Source: Phoronis australis
Taxonomy: Eukaryota; Animalia; Phoronida
Length of the DNA: 64,000 nucleotides
Reading direction: 5' to 3'
Assembly (NCBI GenBank): GCA_002633005.1
Contig: NMRA01000964.1
Span: 1 to 64,000, forward strand
A model generated the notes under the pieces. That model was given only the letters and a program-made list of their open reading frames with translations. It made no database searches and had not been told where the DNA came from. Position numbers and translations under genes: made by a program. Shown piece by piece: positions 1-12,437 of this stretch; the stretch's first letter is position 1, and every line of letters begins with the position of its first letter.

Positions 1-149
1 ACCAAAGATGCTGAAGTTAATGGCGCCATGCCTAATCCGACAGCACCACTGACAATTCCCTCTACAGTCACGGGCATAATAGGGACCGCTGGGTGCAGTC
101 TTTTCGGCATCCCCACTTGACTTACTTTCTCATGCAAGTCAACAACTTT
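1..149 (-). CDS. Putative exon of an unknown spliced gene running off the window edge
   Basis: Acceptor ttcatttcag| at 150/149, then an open frame KVVDLHEKVSQVGMPKRLHPAVPIMPVTVEGIVSGAVGLGMAPLTSASL to position 1. No family recognised. Confidence 0.35.
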
Positions 150-390
150 CTGAAATGAATGAATACAAAAATACATTTAGTCTACACATGTTAATTACCT
201 ACAACTGTCTACTTGTCCACACCCAGATTTTTAACAAACAGCCTGGCTTAAGACTCATCCTCTGATTTTCAGCATATTTTTTAATCAAAGGGCTTTAAAA
301 ATCCCAAGTGTGTTGAACCAAACAAATATTTGAAATACCATTTCAGATCAAGAAAAGTATACATCCAAGTCATGAAATCAAAAACAACAG

Positions 391-530
391 AGTCCACTTT
401 TTATAACTATAGTAAGTAGAGAGGTTAGCTTCAAGTAGCAATACAATAGATATAACAACATAGTCCGCTTTTTATAACTATAGTAAGTAGAGAGGTGAGC
501 TTCAGGTAGCAATGCAATAGGTATAACAAT
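391..530. repeat. Two-copy tandem repeat, ~71 bp period
   Basis: agtccactttttataactatagtaagtagagagg(t/g)agcttca(a/g)gtagcaat at 391 and again at 462. Confidence 0.85.
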
Positions 531-921
531 ACCATCAGTCATGGAGGATGAAATTATGGTCATTATCAATTATGTCCTATTACCTCACCTAAGAGCTTCA
601 CTAAAGCAGCACTGCATGGTGCTCAGCTGATGGGGGTGTTTCACTGGGCTCACTCGTCGCGGAGCTGTGATCTATTGGCTGGAAAAATGTAATTTATATT
701 ATAACAAATACAACATGCAGGAAAAATATGTGGCATCAGCAATATTCTCTATGCAGCGTCACTCACTCTTTCCCATTATTGCAGCTAAATAATAACCCTT
801 CGGAGTAATGTTGCTTTGAAATAACACCTGATTGATATATTTTTCAAGTAATGACTCTTCAATGTACAATGAATGCCCATCACAGTAAAGACCTAACTAA
901 ACCCATACTAGTGGACTGGAC

Positions 922-1077
922 CAGTGCTGTAGTGGGGCGTAAGCGCACGTAGGCGCAGCCAACCACATTTTGGCATTTGAAAGTAGCGCCTACGCACCGT
1001 AAGTTACGTTCAGTGCTCAATGTGATACGTTGGGCTTTAAGCGCATACTTAACTCTAATTTTACCTCTACAGCACTG
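922..1077. mobile_element. hAT-like MITE
   Basis: TIRs CAGTGCTGTAG ... CTACAGCACTG. Flanks GACTGGAC / TACTGGAA match 6/8, consistent with a degenerate 8-bp TSD. Confidence 0.65.
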
Positions 1078-1569
1078 TACTGGAACAAGTTAACATAACA
1101 GCATTTCTCCTTAGCAGGTCCTCACACTTGCTGTTTATCACCTATCTCTTGGATCTGAATGTATAAACACTGAAGTGAATTGAAGAAGTGAAAGAAATTA
1201 CAGTTTAGAGCCAATCATAGAATAGAAACACAAGTTATCAGTAGGCCCTAAGTCATGAAACACATGCAGTACAATTTCGGTTATAGTTTGATAGGTGGGT
1301 CCCTCACTCAAAATGCATTTGAGAACCAGTTACTAATACTGAAAAACGGGCGTAATTCATTGGGAGTAACTCAGTAACTGGCTCTAAAATCAAGTACTAG
1401 TACCCATCATCCCGGCCATATGTAACGGATTACCACAATTTTGCTTTGAGTAATCAAATAAAACCATGAAACTTAAAGGTAAGACAAGTTCAAATCACTC
1501 TGCCAGCATCAATAGTTGACAGGCAGCATTTTCACAAAAAGAATTCTTTGTATCACTCGTATATCTCAC

Positions 1570-1658
1570 CTGTCTTTATCAGTGGGGAGTGCAAGTCCCG
1601 GTTTTTCTGCAGCGCAAAAAGCTCCTCTGATCCTCTTTTTAGGGACTGCAGCCGGCAT
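1570..1658 (-). pseudogene. First exon of a degenerate THAP-like (transposase-type) spliced gene
   Basis: ATG...MPAAVPKKRIRGAFCAAEKPGLALPTDKD(R)|gtgag. The CAA and P.DK.R motifs resemble a THAP N-terminus that has lost its second Cys segment. Confidence 0.3.
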
Positions 1659-2205
1659 ATCTTGTTTTGTAGTTACTTGACACAGCACTACCCTCAGAGG
1701 TATTAACTATGGGAAATCTATATGAACTACATGATCAGATAAAATATCTTGTCTCTGTGACCGCTGACCACGAGTATCAGCCATATTCCTTTTTTCCCAC
1801 ACACACCCGCTAGACGTCTCTACGGTCCATGGAACAACAATGGCCGCCAGTGGCCGTCCAATAGGATTTCGCTAGCTGAAACGTCTCCCTCTCAACGGTC
1901 TCCGGTTGGGGTCTGGGTACCCATGTAGAATGAGCTTGAATGCCAGCGGTTTGACAAGTATGTGACCTAGGCTCCAGACGTACTTATTGTTTGGGTACAT
2001 TGCGGATACTGGATTTACATAACACTAGACTTGGTACTATTACAACAGGGCTGGAGGAATAATTGTTGTAAACAGATGCGATTTACAATGGGTTAAGACC
2101 TAGATGGGAATCTATCCCATATCGCGGTGAAGCCTGGTGCGGTAAAGCTCGAAAGCGCCGCGTCTAACATGGAAGTGTCCTCATATAGCGTGCAACCACT
2201 TTGGT

Positions 2206-2380
2206 AAATAATTAAAAAAACTAATAATAATAAAAAATGTTAATAATAATGAAAAATAATAAAAAACAAAAAATAATAATAAAATGACAATAATAAATAA
2301 TAATAATAAAAATAATAAAATACTAATAAAATAATAATAATAATAAAATAACAATAATAATAACAAAATTTAAAAAAAAA
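2206..2380. repeat. A-rich low-complexity / degenerate (AAT)n tract
   Basis: Directly visible. Similar A-rich tracts lie at ~2580-2725 and ~3980-4130. Confidence 0.9.
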
Positions 2381-4803
2381 CCTTTGGATCACTGCTGACA
2401 TTTTATTCGACTTTCCATGAAAGATATGGAAATACTGTTCTCACCCTTAGAAATGTTGTTTGTTAGGCCTTTTCAAGTACTTTGTCACCGGCCCTAACCC
2501 TACCATGTTTATCTACCCTTTTGACCTGCATGCTTCCTTCCTAAGGAACACTTAAAAATATATATACTTTACCACCGCACGAAAAAAAAAATCAATAAAA
2601 AATTAAAAAAACAACATATAATACAACTAATAAACAAACTAAAACGTACACTAAAACATTGCTACAAATTATATAAATAATAAGTGAAAAATAAACTAAT
2701 AAAATAAAAAATAATAACAACAAAACGTGTTAAACATTTTAAAACACTCGTGTCAATTGCTATCACATAATACTTCACATTTCGTTCTCTCGGCATAATT
2801 TTAACCTATTCCAACCGCACTTACCGTTAATGCGTAAACTTTTGTTTTCGTCTACCATTGTGGTTGGGTATTACCCACCAGGACGATATTCGAATAGTCG
2901 GCTACTGTAGTGCCAGACAGGCGGACGTTAAGATCGATGAGATCACGTCTCACATGCCTGCTAAGTTGTCCACTGCCCAGGCGCGTATAGCTTAGTCGTA
3001 CGAAATCTGCGCTCGAGTTCCTCCAGAGCGAGGGCATGACCGGCTTAAGCTGTTTCCTTTAATTTTACGATTTTCGTAGATACTAGTTCATTTCCGTGTA
3101 ATTAGGTCTAAGCCAGTCACTCTAACAGTTGGCCTTACCCCTGAAGTAGGGTCGCTTTCATTTCCAACCCAGGATCCACTACACCCGGGCTATTAGTAGG
3201 CCTAAACAGTATCCATGTCACTGCCCAAGTTTTTGAAAACGCGTCACTGTCACACTAGTGGGTTACATCCGCCCGTTTAGGCGTATAAATCATTTCACAT
3301 TACCAGTAATGTCGGATTTATTTTAACACAAGATTTTTATTTACGATTTCAAAATCTTGTAACCTTTCATTTTGTAGACCTATATTGCACCAAATGTGCC
3401 TAACCTATTTCCTAAAATTTCGTCACCAAAGCACACTGGAATCACACAAGCCCAAATTCAGTTGCAGTGCTCATTGACCCAGATTTCATGGTAGTGGGCC
3501 AGCCTGTGGTTTCACTCTCATGTACGTACACAATAACCTGTTGCATAGTGCTGATGACCTCGTGCCAGCAATGGAACTTTCTAGACTGTGACTTTCATGG
3601 TACCAGAACCCTAGGCTTAATTGCATTTACTGACTAGTTGTGCCCACCTTTTCCTGACATCGACAGCACAAATGTCATTTGTTCTTTTGCTTAGCTCTAT
3701 GATATTCGTTGAACACAATGATAGGGTCCTAGGCCTTTACTGCCAATCATATTTTGTAGACCAAGTTGCTTCCTGATTTGTGTACTTGGTATTGTCTATT
3801 TTATACGACTTGGGGTATCATTATTCCTGAGAGCCTGTTGCTGCTCTGCTCTCTCGTAAAGTTGTTTTCTGTAGGATTTGTATACACATGTAGATATTTT
3901 GTTTTTCTTAGACATATAGTAGACATCCAAGTTTCCGTATGAAGGTCTGTCTGTGGCAGATAGCTTGATACATGGTTTTAATTAAAACTATTTAAAAAAA
4001 CTAAATAACAAATATAAAAACTAAATTAAAATATATATTTAAAAAGTAAGTAAATAATATTTAAAAATGAATAAAAATAAATAAATAAAAATGTTAAAAA
4101 AACTAAATAAAAATGTTTTATAAAAAAACCACAATCTTTCTGTTCTCAGTACAATTTTGCAGCGAGTTTCCTTAACAGCACATGCTTCCGTGTGAGGTTA
4201 CTCCCCACCAATTGTCACAAGGCTTACCTCTTCTGGTACGCAAGTTAATTGTTCCACCGCAGTACCAACACCTTCGCACATAGGAACCTGAACGCCAGTA
4301 CTCTTCGGCTGCTCTACCCTAGCTCATACATGTACATGATGCATTAAATTCGTAATAATTGGGGGGCACTAAACTTGAGGTACTAAAGTGTGCCCTAAAC
4401 CGGCTGAATTTCGCCAGGATTTGCCGCGATATGAGTGAGGGTTAGTTGGCCTTTGGGGGCGGCTTGGACCCGGGGAAAGCCCGGCCGGGAGCGTAGGGTG
4501 ATCCTGTGCCATGCGATGCTCGGGTGGGAACCACCGCAGGTCCTCCAATTAGGTTTGTGCTTGCACCGTTATGTGGTGCAATTTCCCTTGTAGTTAAGGC
4601 ATAGCAGTTTCTGCTAGGTGAGTGTTGTATGGGGTCAGTAGAGGTGCCTGTAATGTATAGCAACCAAAACTCCGGCTCTCTCGGCGACCAGGGTGTGGCT
4701 GGGCTTCGAACGTGGCGGGAGCGGTACTGCTCACCGTGAGGTATCCAATCTGTCCTCGTGTGCCGTGCCCCAAGTCTAACATTGTGCCTGCACCCCGGAG
4801 GGC

Positions 4804-5267
4804 NNNNNNNNNNNNNNNNNNNNNNNNNNNNNNNNNNNNNNNNNNNNNNNNNNNNNNNNNNNNNNNNNNNNNNNNNNNNNNNNNNNNNNNNNNNNNNNNN
4901 NNNNNNNNNNNNNNNNNNNNNNNNNNNNNNNNNNNNNNNNNNNNNNNNNNNNNNNNNNNNNNNNNNNNNNNNNNNNNNNNNNNNNNNNNNNNNNNNNNNN
5001 NNNNNNNNNNNNNNNNNNNNNNNNNNNNNNNNNNNNNNNNNNNNNNNNNNNNNNNNNNNNNNNNNNNNNNNNNNNNNNNNNNNNNNNNNNNNNNNNNNNN
5101 NNNNNNNNNNNNNNNNNNNNNNNNNNNNNNNNNNNNNNNNNNNNNNNNNNNNNNNNNNNNNNNNNNNNNNNNNNNNNNNNNNNNNNNNNNNNNNNNNNNN
5201 NNNNNNNNNNNNNNNNNNNNNNNNNNNNNNNNNNNNNNNNNNNNNNNNNNNNNNNNNNNNNNNNNNN
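4804..5267. other. Assembly gap (N run)
   Basis: Run of N. Confidence 1.
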
Positions 5268-5932
5268 GTACAGATTTTTCTAGTATGACATTGAATACAC
5301 CAAAGCTGAGTCTGTACTCGAGTTGAGTATGAAGTGTGAGTTTGAGCATGATTCGAGTCTGAGTACGGAGATTGGAGACCGGCCCCCGATGTCAGTTGAT
5401 TCGAGGCGCGTAAAGTTTCATGGTCCTACGAATAGTGTACAACGTGTGTCCACACAGAAACCTATTACAATTAAAGTCATATGATTCGATTTTAAAACAG
5501 TGTGAATCTGCGTAAAAAACATTCAAACATACTCTTTGTAACTCAATAGAACACTTCGTAAGTATGAGGTCGATCTACTGTCTGTACACATGTATTCTGC
5601 GCGATCAAAACTGCTTCGAAGAAGAGAAATTCGTCTTAGATAAGTAATTTATTGGATTACTGATCATTTTGATGACATGACGATATTGTTCCCCGTACGA
5701 GCTGAACAGTCTAACTATTACGTTTAGAATTAGATGAAATCATTACCTGGGGAAATTATATATTGTATTTTATAGTAAACGTTGGGCTCGAGTATTAATA
5801 AAGATTGACCAGGTTACTTCTCAGGTGACTGAGTACTTTGGCTTTGTATTATCGGTGGTATGATCTCGCTTTTATCTTAAGTACACTTCTCGGAATTCGA
5901 GTAAGCGACCAGGCCCTTCCAGACTCACTTTG

Positions 5933-6084
5933 TCACGAACACAAACCACAAGTTTACAGGGCAAAACGAGTGCTTCCAAAATATCAGATATCCTTGAATG
6001 TTGGCTTTTATCTGACATCTAGCGTCAGCATTCACAAGTTTACACAGAAAAGTAGGTCCAAACAGTTTTTAGTAGAAAATCTGG
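5933..6084 (-). pseudogene. Frameshifted ShK-like terminal exon
   Basis: Good acceptor ccccctgtag|. Across frames it reads KNCLD / LCKLVNADARCQIKANIQGY..FCPV / TCGLCS*, the ShK CPxTCGxC ending, interrupted by indels. Confidence 0.45.
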
Positions 6085-6559
6085 CTACAGGGGGATAAAA
6101 TAATTTTGAAAACGAACATGTAAAAGCCTTGGTCTACGTGCGTTTTTGTAAAAAAATCAACGTGTGGGTTAGCTGGTGAACGGTCGTGGGGGTAATACGT
6201 CGTCGGAATCACGGACACTGAATATTGGGACTCTCTATTTTCAAAATCCTGGATGAATCCCCTACCACAAATTGAACATGTTTAAACAAGACAAGTTCAA
6301 ATACTTTAAACGGAACACAGTGACAACTTTTTCCAGATATTTATTATCATTGATAAACAAGTACAAAACAAACAATTGTATCCCTTCATTCACGCGTGCA
6401 CGCCTTTGAGGAGACACTTCTCGTATCTCGTATAAATTAAACAACTGCTACATGGCGTTAACGTACGTAAACAATAACATTTTCCCATTTCCCAAAGAAG
6501 CTGTCGAATACAAAATTTTGATTTACAATTAATTTTCAGCATTATAGTACTGATAATTA

Positions 6560-8050
6560 TGTATAACAAACCTGTGAATATGAGGTATGTTTTGTGACAG
6601 CTCTTGAAAATGTACTATTTGGGTAATAATAGCAAATTGTTAAATAGAAAATCATATGTCTCGTTAAGCCCACTAGACTAAAACGTTTGCAAGAGGAAAG
6701 ATGAATGAGGCACTTTTGAAGTAAATTTACAAATTCCTACAAAAAATCTTGAACAGAGAGGTATTCTTAAAAAGTGCGACCGCGTCGCTAGAAACTCATT
6801 ACAAAAGGAAGAAAAATTAGAAACCCTAACTTGGATTTTGACTAAAGAAGTATTAGTTGCAATAATTCTGAGAAGTATTCTAAATTGGAAACATCTAATG
6901 TTGGGATCCTTTGTAATTTCATAAGGCAAAGGATATAATTTCTTCCAATCTAAACTAACTCCTAACTCTATTTTCCATTTACACAATGACTTAGAAAGTT
7001 TCTTAATGTCGTTAAAGATAGAACAAATGTGTCTACAACCCTTAACATCTTTCCGTGAGTAATTGCTAAAAGCATACAGGGAGAATAGACATTGATACTT
7101 TAACATTTACTTTGAAATAGACTTTTTGAAACCATTTTAGAACAGAAACAACACCCTTATCTTTCAAGACATATTCGGGCCATGGCCAGTTTTAAAGTTT
7201 TGTTGAAAGTATGCCTTTTAACCATTTGAAGTCCCCCTTTATCTAGTCTTTAACAGGCAGCATTNAACTAACTCCTAACTCTATTTTCCATTTACACAAT
7301 GACTTAGAAAGTTTCTTAATGTCGTTAAAGATAGAACAAATATGTCTACAACCCTTAACATCTTTCCGTGAGTAATTGCTAAAAGCATACAGGGAGAATA
7401 GACATTGATACTTTAACATTTACTTTGAAATAGACTTTTTGAAACCATTTTAGAACAGAAACAACACCCTTATCTTCTACAAAAACTGGTTTTTACATCA
7501 AACCCATTTATCATATGGTCTAAATTAACAAAATCGCCACCAGAGGTATACGCATCTCTAATAAATCTTAAGCGTTTTACACACCAAGACTTTTACAAAA
7601 AAACTTGTGTCCCCGATCCCAAGTTACTATTAAACCACAAAGCTTGGTTCAAAAAGACCTCTTTATTCGTAACAATTGCTTTCTTATAGAAAGATGTCAT
7701 ACTTCCAAACACGTAGCGCCAGTAGGAATATTCAATTAGAGTTAACTTCGACTGAATGAAGCAAAACTATCTCAGAACGGGTAGAGCGAGTATATTAGAT
7801 GACCACTTTGAGACTTTCAAGACATATTCGGGCCATGGCCAGTTTTAAAGTTTTGTTGAAAGTATGCCTTTTAACCATTTGAAGTCCCCCTTTATCTAGT
7901 CTTTAACAGGCAACATTTCATTTAATTTTATTATTACGAGTCTGCTATACAAATCTAAAGAGTATCGTATTCAATTCATGCAAGACTTTTACTGGTGGAT
8001 TTGGTAAACTTGACAACAAAAATGAGTTTAGAAATAGCTATCACTTTAAT
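6560..8050 (-). mobile_element. Degenerate L1/Tx1-type LINE ORF2, C-terminal part
   Basis: KWKIELG..DWKKLY....TKDPNIRCFQFRILLRIIATN...FCNE matches the L1 ORF2 C-terminal zinc-knuckle region. Boundaries approximate. Confidence 0.75.
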
Positions 8051-8329
8051 TGCAGTTACTCTACCAAACAGCATTAAATTTCGTTGACTCCATCTCCATT
8101 CTTACAGTGAAATTTGCATGCGTCGTACTATACAACTGAGTGTCAAAATCCACCCCTGAAAACCTAAAAGATTTTGTTTCCAAGACCGACTTTGATTTGG
8201 AGGAACACGTCATCACTATCAGTGTTACTTCCAACCGTGTAGTATTTGTTTCATCCACTTGGAGGCCGAGACACTAGCAAAATGTAGCCAATGTGCTAGT
8301 TAATGACAAATTCAAGCCATCCAACTGAT

Positions 8330-8600
8330 GTGTCGACCGCACTGACCGTCAACCACTGGCTTACATTCAAAAAAGTAAGTTAATCAATGGACGCATCATA
8401 AGGTGGGTCTTGTTTTCGCAAAAACAAACGATTTAAAGCTGAAGCTATCAAAGACTCAGAAAATGTTGGTGCTGATTACCTGAGTAGGTTAGAGTAATGA
8501 AGATTCTTGGAAATTGGGTAATAGATCTAAGTGTTAATCACTATTTAAGTCTTCCATTATGAGAAAACCTTAAGAATTATTTTTTGTGGAGGGGCTTATT
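8330..8600 (+). mobile_element. Gypsy retrotransposon pol 3' end (RNase H) and polypurine tract
   Basis: TDRQPLAYIQKSKLINGRIIRWVLF...IKDSENVGADYLSRLE* followed by ggagggg immediately before the LTR. Confidence 0.8.
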
Positions 8601-9468
8601 TGCCAGAATAAATATTGATTAAGTAATTAGTAAGAATTGATCCATTTTAAGTTGCCCAAAGTTATGTGCTTACGTAGTTTTAAATCATGGGGTCAAACTT
8701 GTTGACATGTGCCTTAACGTCAAAATGTATTTTTAGATGGTGTTTGCAACTTTGGTTCTGTGGTCAAAGCAATCTAAAGATTCTGGAAATTTCTGATAAA
8801 CAAATTGTAACAGCCAATAATAATATTGGATATGATCATGGGATTTTTATTAGCCAATAACTAAATAAGTATCATGTTATAATATGGGCTAAAATCCAGA
8901 AGATATTGAGATGAGCTATAGTAGTCGAAGCACAGAGACTTGCTACAGTGTACAGAGGAAATTGTACAACACAGCCATCTCGTGGAAGATTCTGGAGAAG
9001 ATCAAGGGTTAACGACCAGGAAGTTAACTAAAAGCTTGTCATTTGCATCGTGGGTAGAAAGATGCTGCCAGAAGTGTTGCGTCACCAGAGACTGTGACCA
9101 GCAAGAAGAATCGTGGGTAGAAGAAACTGTCTGCAAATGTTGCGTCACCAGCAAGTACAATGTCGCAATACAGTTTGTGTAGTTCAAAGATTCATCAACA
9201 GGACTGTCATCCTACAAGTGGAGAGTACTTCAGCTTGGATAGCAGATAAGACGTTTGATTCTTTTGGTTGATTAGTTGAAGTAATCTTTAAATATGGCGC
9301 TAGCTGAGTTACTCTTTTTGTAGTTTGTTACTTAACAACAGGTTTCCATTGACTAATTAGTGGTTACCATATAATACATTAATTACTGGATTTAATCATT
9401 CTCTCTCCATCTACCACAAGTTCAAAGCATAGCTAACTTTTAAACAAACCCACAGACAATCTCTGACA
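8601..9468 (+). mobile_element. 3' LTR of the Gypsy element
   Basis: Starts TGCCAGA right after the PPT and ends TCTGACA (inverted match, 1 mismatch). Has an internal ~63-bp tandem repeat at ~9045-9155. Confidence 0.6.
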
Positions 9469-10718
9469 CCAAAATTAATTTATTTCAATTCCAGTCGTGC
9501 CTAATGTTTTAGCTACTCCTCTTGAGTTTGAGGTTTTTGAATTGAAAAAAAAAACATTCATATCCCTACATTGATCAAATACTGTTTTCTTTTCTCTTAG
9601 TAAAGACTGTGTACTGTAGGCAATGGAGTACTGTTTTTCTCCTAAACATTTGAGAACATCCTTTCGTTTTTCATAAAGACCCAGCCCTCTGCAATTCAAT
9701 GAGGTTATTTTAAGTTCACCTGTCATGACTATAAAAATTATGCACCTGTACCAAATTACAATCCAATATCGAAAGACATGGTGGTACAACCCTGACCTAT
9801 TCACAACACAGACTTACAAAAAAAAATAAAACAGTGATACCTTTGTCTGGCTACGATTGCCAGTTGTGTGTTGAATAAAGTGTGAAATGTCTCTCCATGA
9901 CATACCAAAGGAATATAATGGAACAATACCTCAAGGTTTCTTCAGACGATTTGTTTCTATGGCCAGTCTGGGATTCCTCCGAAAAAGTTAAATATATAAG
10001 AGGTNTAGATGGCGCTAGCTGAGTTACTCCTTTTGAAGTTTGTTACTTAACAACAGGTTTCCCTTGACTAATTAGTGGTTACCATATAATAAATTAATTA
10101 CTGGATTTAATCATTCTCTCTCCATCTACCACACGTTCAAAGCATAGCTACCTTTTAACAAACCCACAGCCAATCTCTGACACCAAAATTAATTTATTTC
10201 CATTCCAGTCGTGCCTAATGTTATAGCTACTCCTCTTGAGTTTGAGGTTTTTGAATTGAATAAAAACATTCATATAACCACATTGATCAAATACTGTTTT
10301 CTTCTCTCTTAGTAAAGACTGTGTACTGTAGGCAATGGAGTACTGTTTTTCTCCTAAACATTTGAGAACATCCTTTCGTTTTTCATAAAGACCCAGCCCT
10401 CTGCAATTCAATGAGGTTATTTTAAGTTCACCTGTCATGACTATAAAAATTATGCACCTGTACCAAATTACAATCAAATATCGAAAGACATAGTGGTACA
10501 ATCCTGACCTATTCACAACACAGACATACAAAAAAAAATTAAAACAGTGATACCTTTTTCTGGCTACGATTGCGGGTTGTGTGTTGAATAAAGTGTGAAA
10601 TGTCTCTCCATGACATACCAAAGGAATATAATGGAACAATACCTCAAGGTTTCTTCAGACGATTTGTTTCTATGACCAGTCTGGGATTCCTCCGAAAAAG
10701 TTAAATATATAAGAGGTT
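9294..10718. repeat. Diverged tandem duplication, ~715 bp period (LTR 3' end plus L1 endonuclease start)
   Basis: Units start atggcgctagctgagttact at 9294 and 10009 and differ by scattered substitutions. Confidence 0.9.
9500..9726 (-). mobile_element. L1/Tx1 ORF2 AP-endonuclease N-terminus fragment (second copy ~10215-10440)
   Basis: MTGELKITSLNCRGLGLYEKRKDVLKCL...SNSRGVA, containing the APE motifs SLNxRGL and SRGVA. Confidence 0.8.
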
Positions 10719-12200
10719 CGTCTAAACCACGCGTTCCTAAAGTAGAGATGACGAGGAAGGAGTTAAATACTGCTATTTGACTCATTTTACCAAGAACAAT
10801 CACAATATTTTAAAATGTACTTTGAGTCAATTTATCTTACCTTTAAGCTTAAAACAATTTTGATTGAACAGTAGGTAAAATTTCTAACTCATGTAGGATC
10901 ATTCTAACCAGACACCAACTTAAAGAAATTTAGAAAATAACATTAGAGCCTAATCTGTGTGTTTGATAAAAAAGTCGAAAATTAAGCATTTCCATGACAT
11001 GAGCAAGCTTACAGATCATGCAACTTAATTGGCTACTTTTCTGAGGTTGTGGGTTCCAGTAATGTGCTTCAACCTTGAAGGCTGCAAGTAACCATTTTCT
11101 CCTAACCTGCACAGTCTAAAATAGAAATACAGAGAAAAGTGGCTATCAATAATTGAACAACATTCCGTTTGGCACGCCTACTCTTTTGAAACTTAACAAA
11201 TCAAAAGAGATCAACTTACAGTTGCAGGGACATGTGTAGGTGCTCAGTATTCTCATCAATCGAAAAAGTAAAGCAAAACTAATTAGATATTCTGAACATG
11301 TGTTCCAACATGTGTATGAGCTTTCTAATAAACCTGCAGGCGTGACCAGGTGAGGGAGAGTGGGCAGCATGTCAATAACACGTCCTACAAACTACTGACC
11401 TCTCCCTCAGGACAATTCTTTACACCAACTGTTGCACTGTTTTATTTGTTGAAATATAACACTTGCAAGTATAAATTACTAATTTGGGCCAGCGTGCATT
11501 ACCATTAGATAGTATTAGAAGTGGGAGTAATTCTGTGACAACAAATCGCGGGACAAAAACTGAACACCTCATCAAATCGCCTCTCTTCAAAACCATTCCG
11601 GTCTAATGTATGCAGACTGAGGTCTGTTACCCAGTGAGTGCATTAAGCATGTATAAGAGTTCCTGAACATTTTACAAACAGCACACTTACTTGTCTAACG
11701 AAAGCTTTGGAAAATCTTCACGAGTTTGAACATTCAATCTTGTTCTCATTGTTCCCCACCTTTCAAACGAGTCGCTTAGGTACAAGGTTTGTTGTCAATG
11801 CCTCATTTTGTACAAACTCGTTTTTTTCCGAATCTCGTAGAGTAGGACGAACGTGTTTCGCCTTCGGCTGCACACTACGAGTCTTCGCCATTTGAATTTC
11901 TGTTGAACTCTGTGGCTCTGCATGAGTTGTTGTAATATCTTTTGTCTTTTAATCCTTTTTATTCCTTGTAAACATTCCATAAGTTCGTATTATTTAAAGG
12001 AATTTTCTCATTTTTTTGTACTTGTTCAAAGTTAATAACTTTTTGAACTTTACGTCATAGCACGAAAAAAACGAGTTAAGAGTTTTTTATATAACTCGCA
12101 CCATAGACCTTTTATTGGAGAATTGAAAACATAATTGTTTGTCGCAGAAACGAAACAGATTACAACAGTATTTCTAGACATGTTACCCTCACAGCCTTAC

Positions 12201-12437
12201 ATGTTTCACAAGTGCACGTCTTCACGCAGTTTTTTTCCATGAAGTTGTTCCCACAATGACCACCTGCTGACCACTCTTTGCATTTGCGGTCAGGGTTACG
12301 CTGGTCCTTCGACTGTCGAAGATTGGTTAGATGGGAGCAGTCCTTGCTGGCACGCCCATTCACGACGCTTAAACGCATTGTTGTTGCATGCGGCTGCATC
12401 GACGTGCTTATCGCCTGCTTTGAGAGCAGGGTTCTGT
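12201..12437 (-). CDS. Multi-ShK gene, exon 11: linker plus long-loop ShK-like domain
   Basis: cattag|AC...T|gtaagg, 237 bp, phase 1-1. DCSHLTNLRQSKDQRNPDRKCKEWSAGGHCGNNFMEKNCVKTCTCET. Confidence 0.85.

Noticed and set aside
2181-2366. Hydrophobic 61-aa ORF
   Set aside because: Translation of a low-complexity AT tract.
2852-3045. ELERRFRTTKLYAPGQW, faintly like a Sola-type transposase motif
   Set aside because: Spacing from the GH motif is wrong and there are no supporting motifs.
4594-5349. Long ORFs in the ORF track
   Set aside because: Artefacts of translating through the N gap.
6953-7916. Near-identical internal duplications in the L1 fragment
   Set aside because: Almost perfect copies meeting at a single N (7265), typical of a contig-join artefact.
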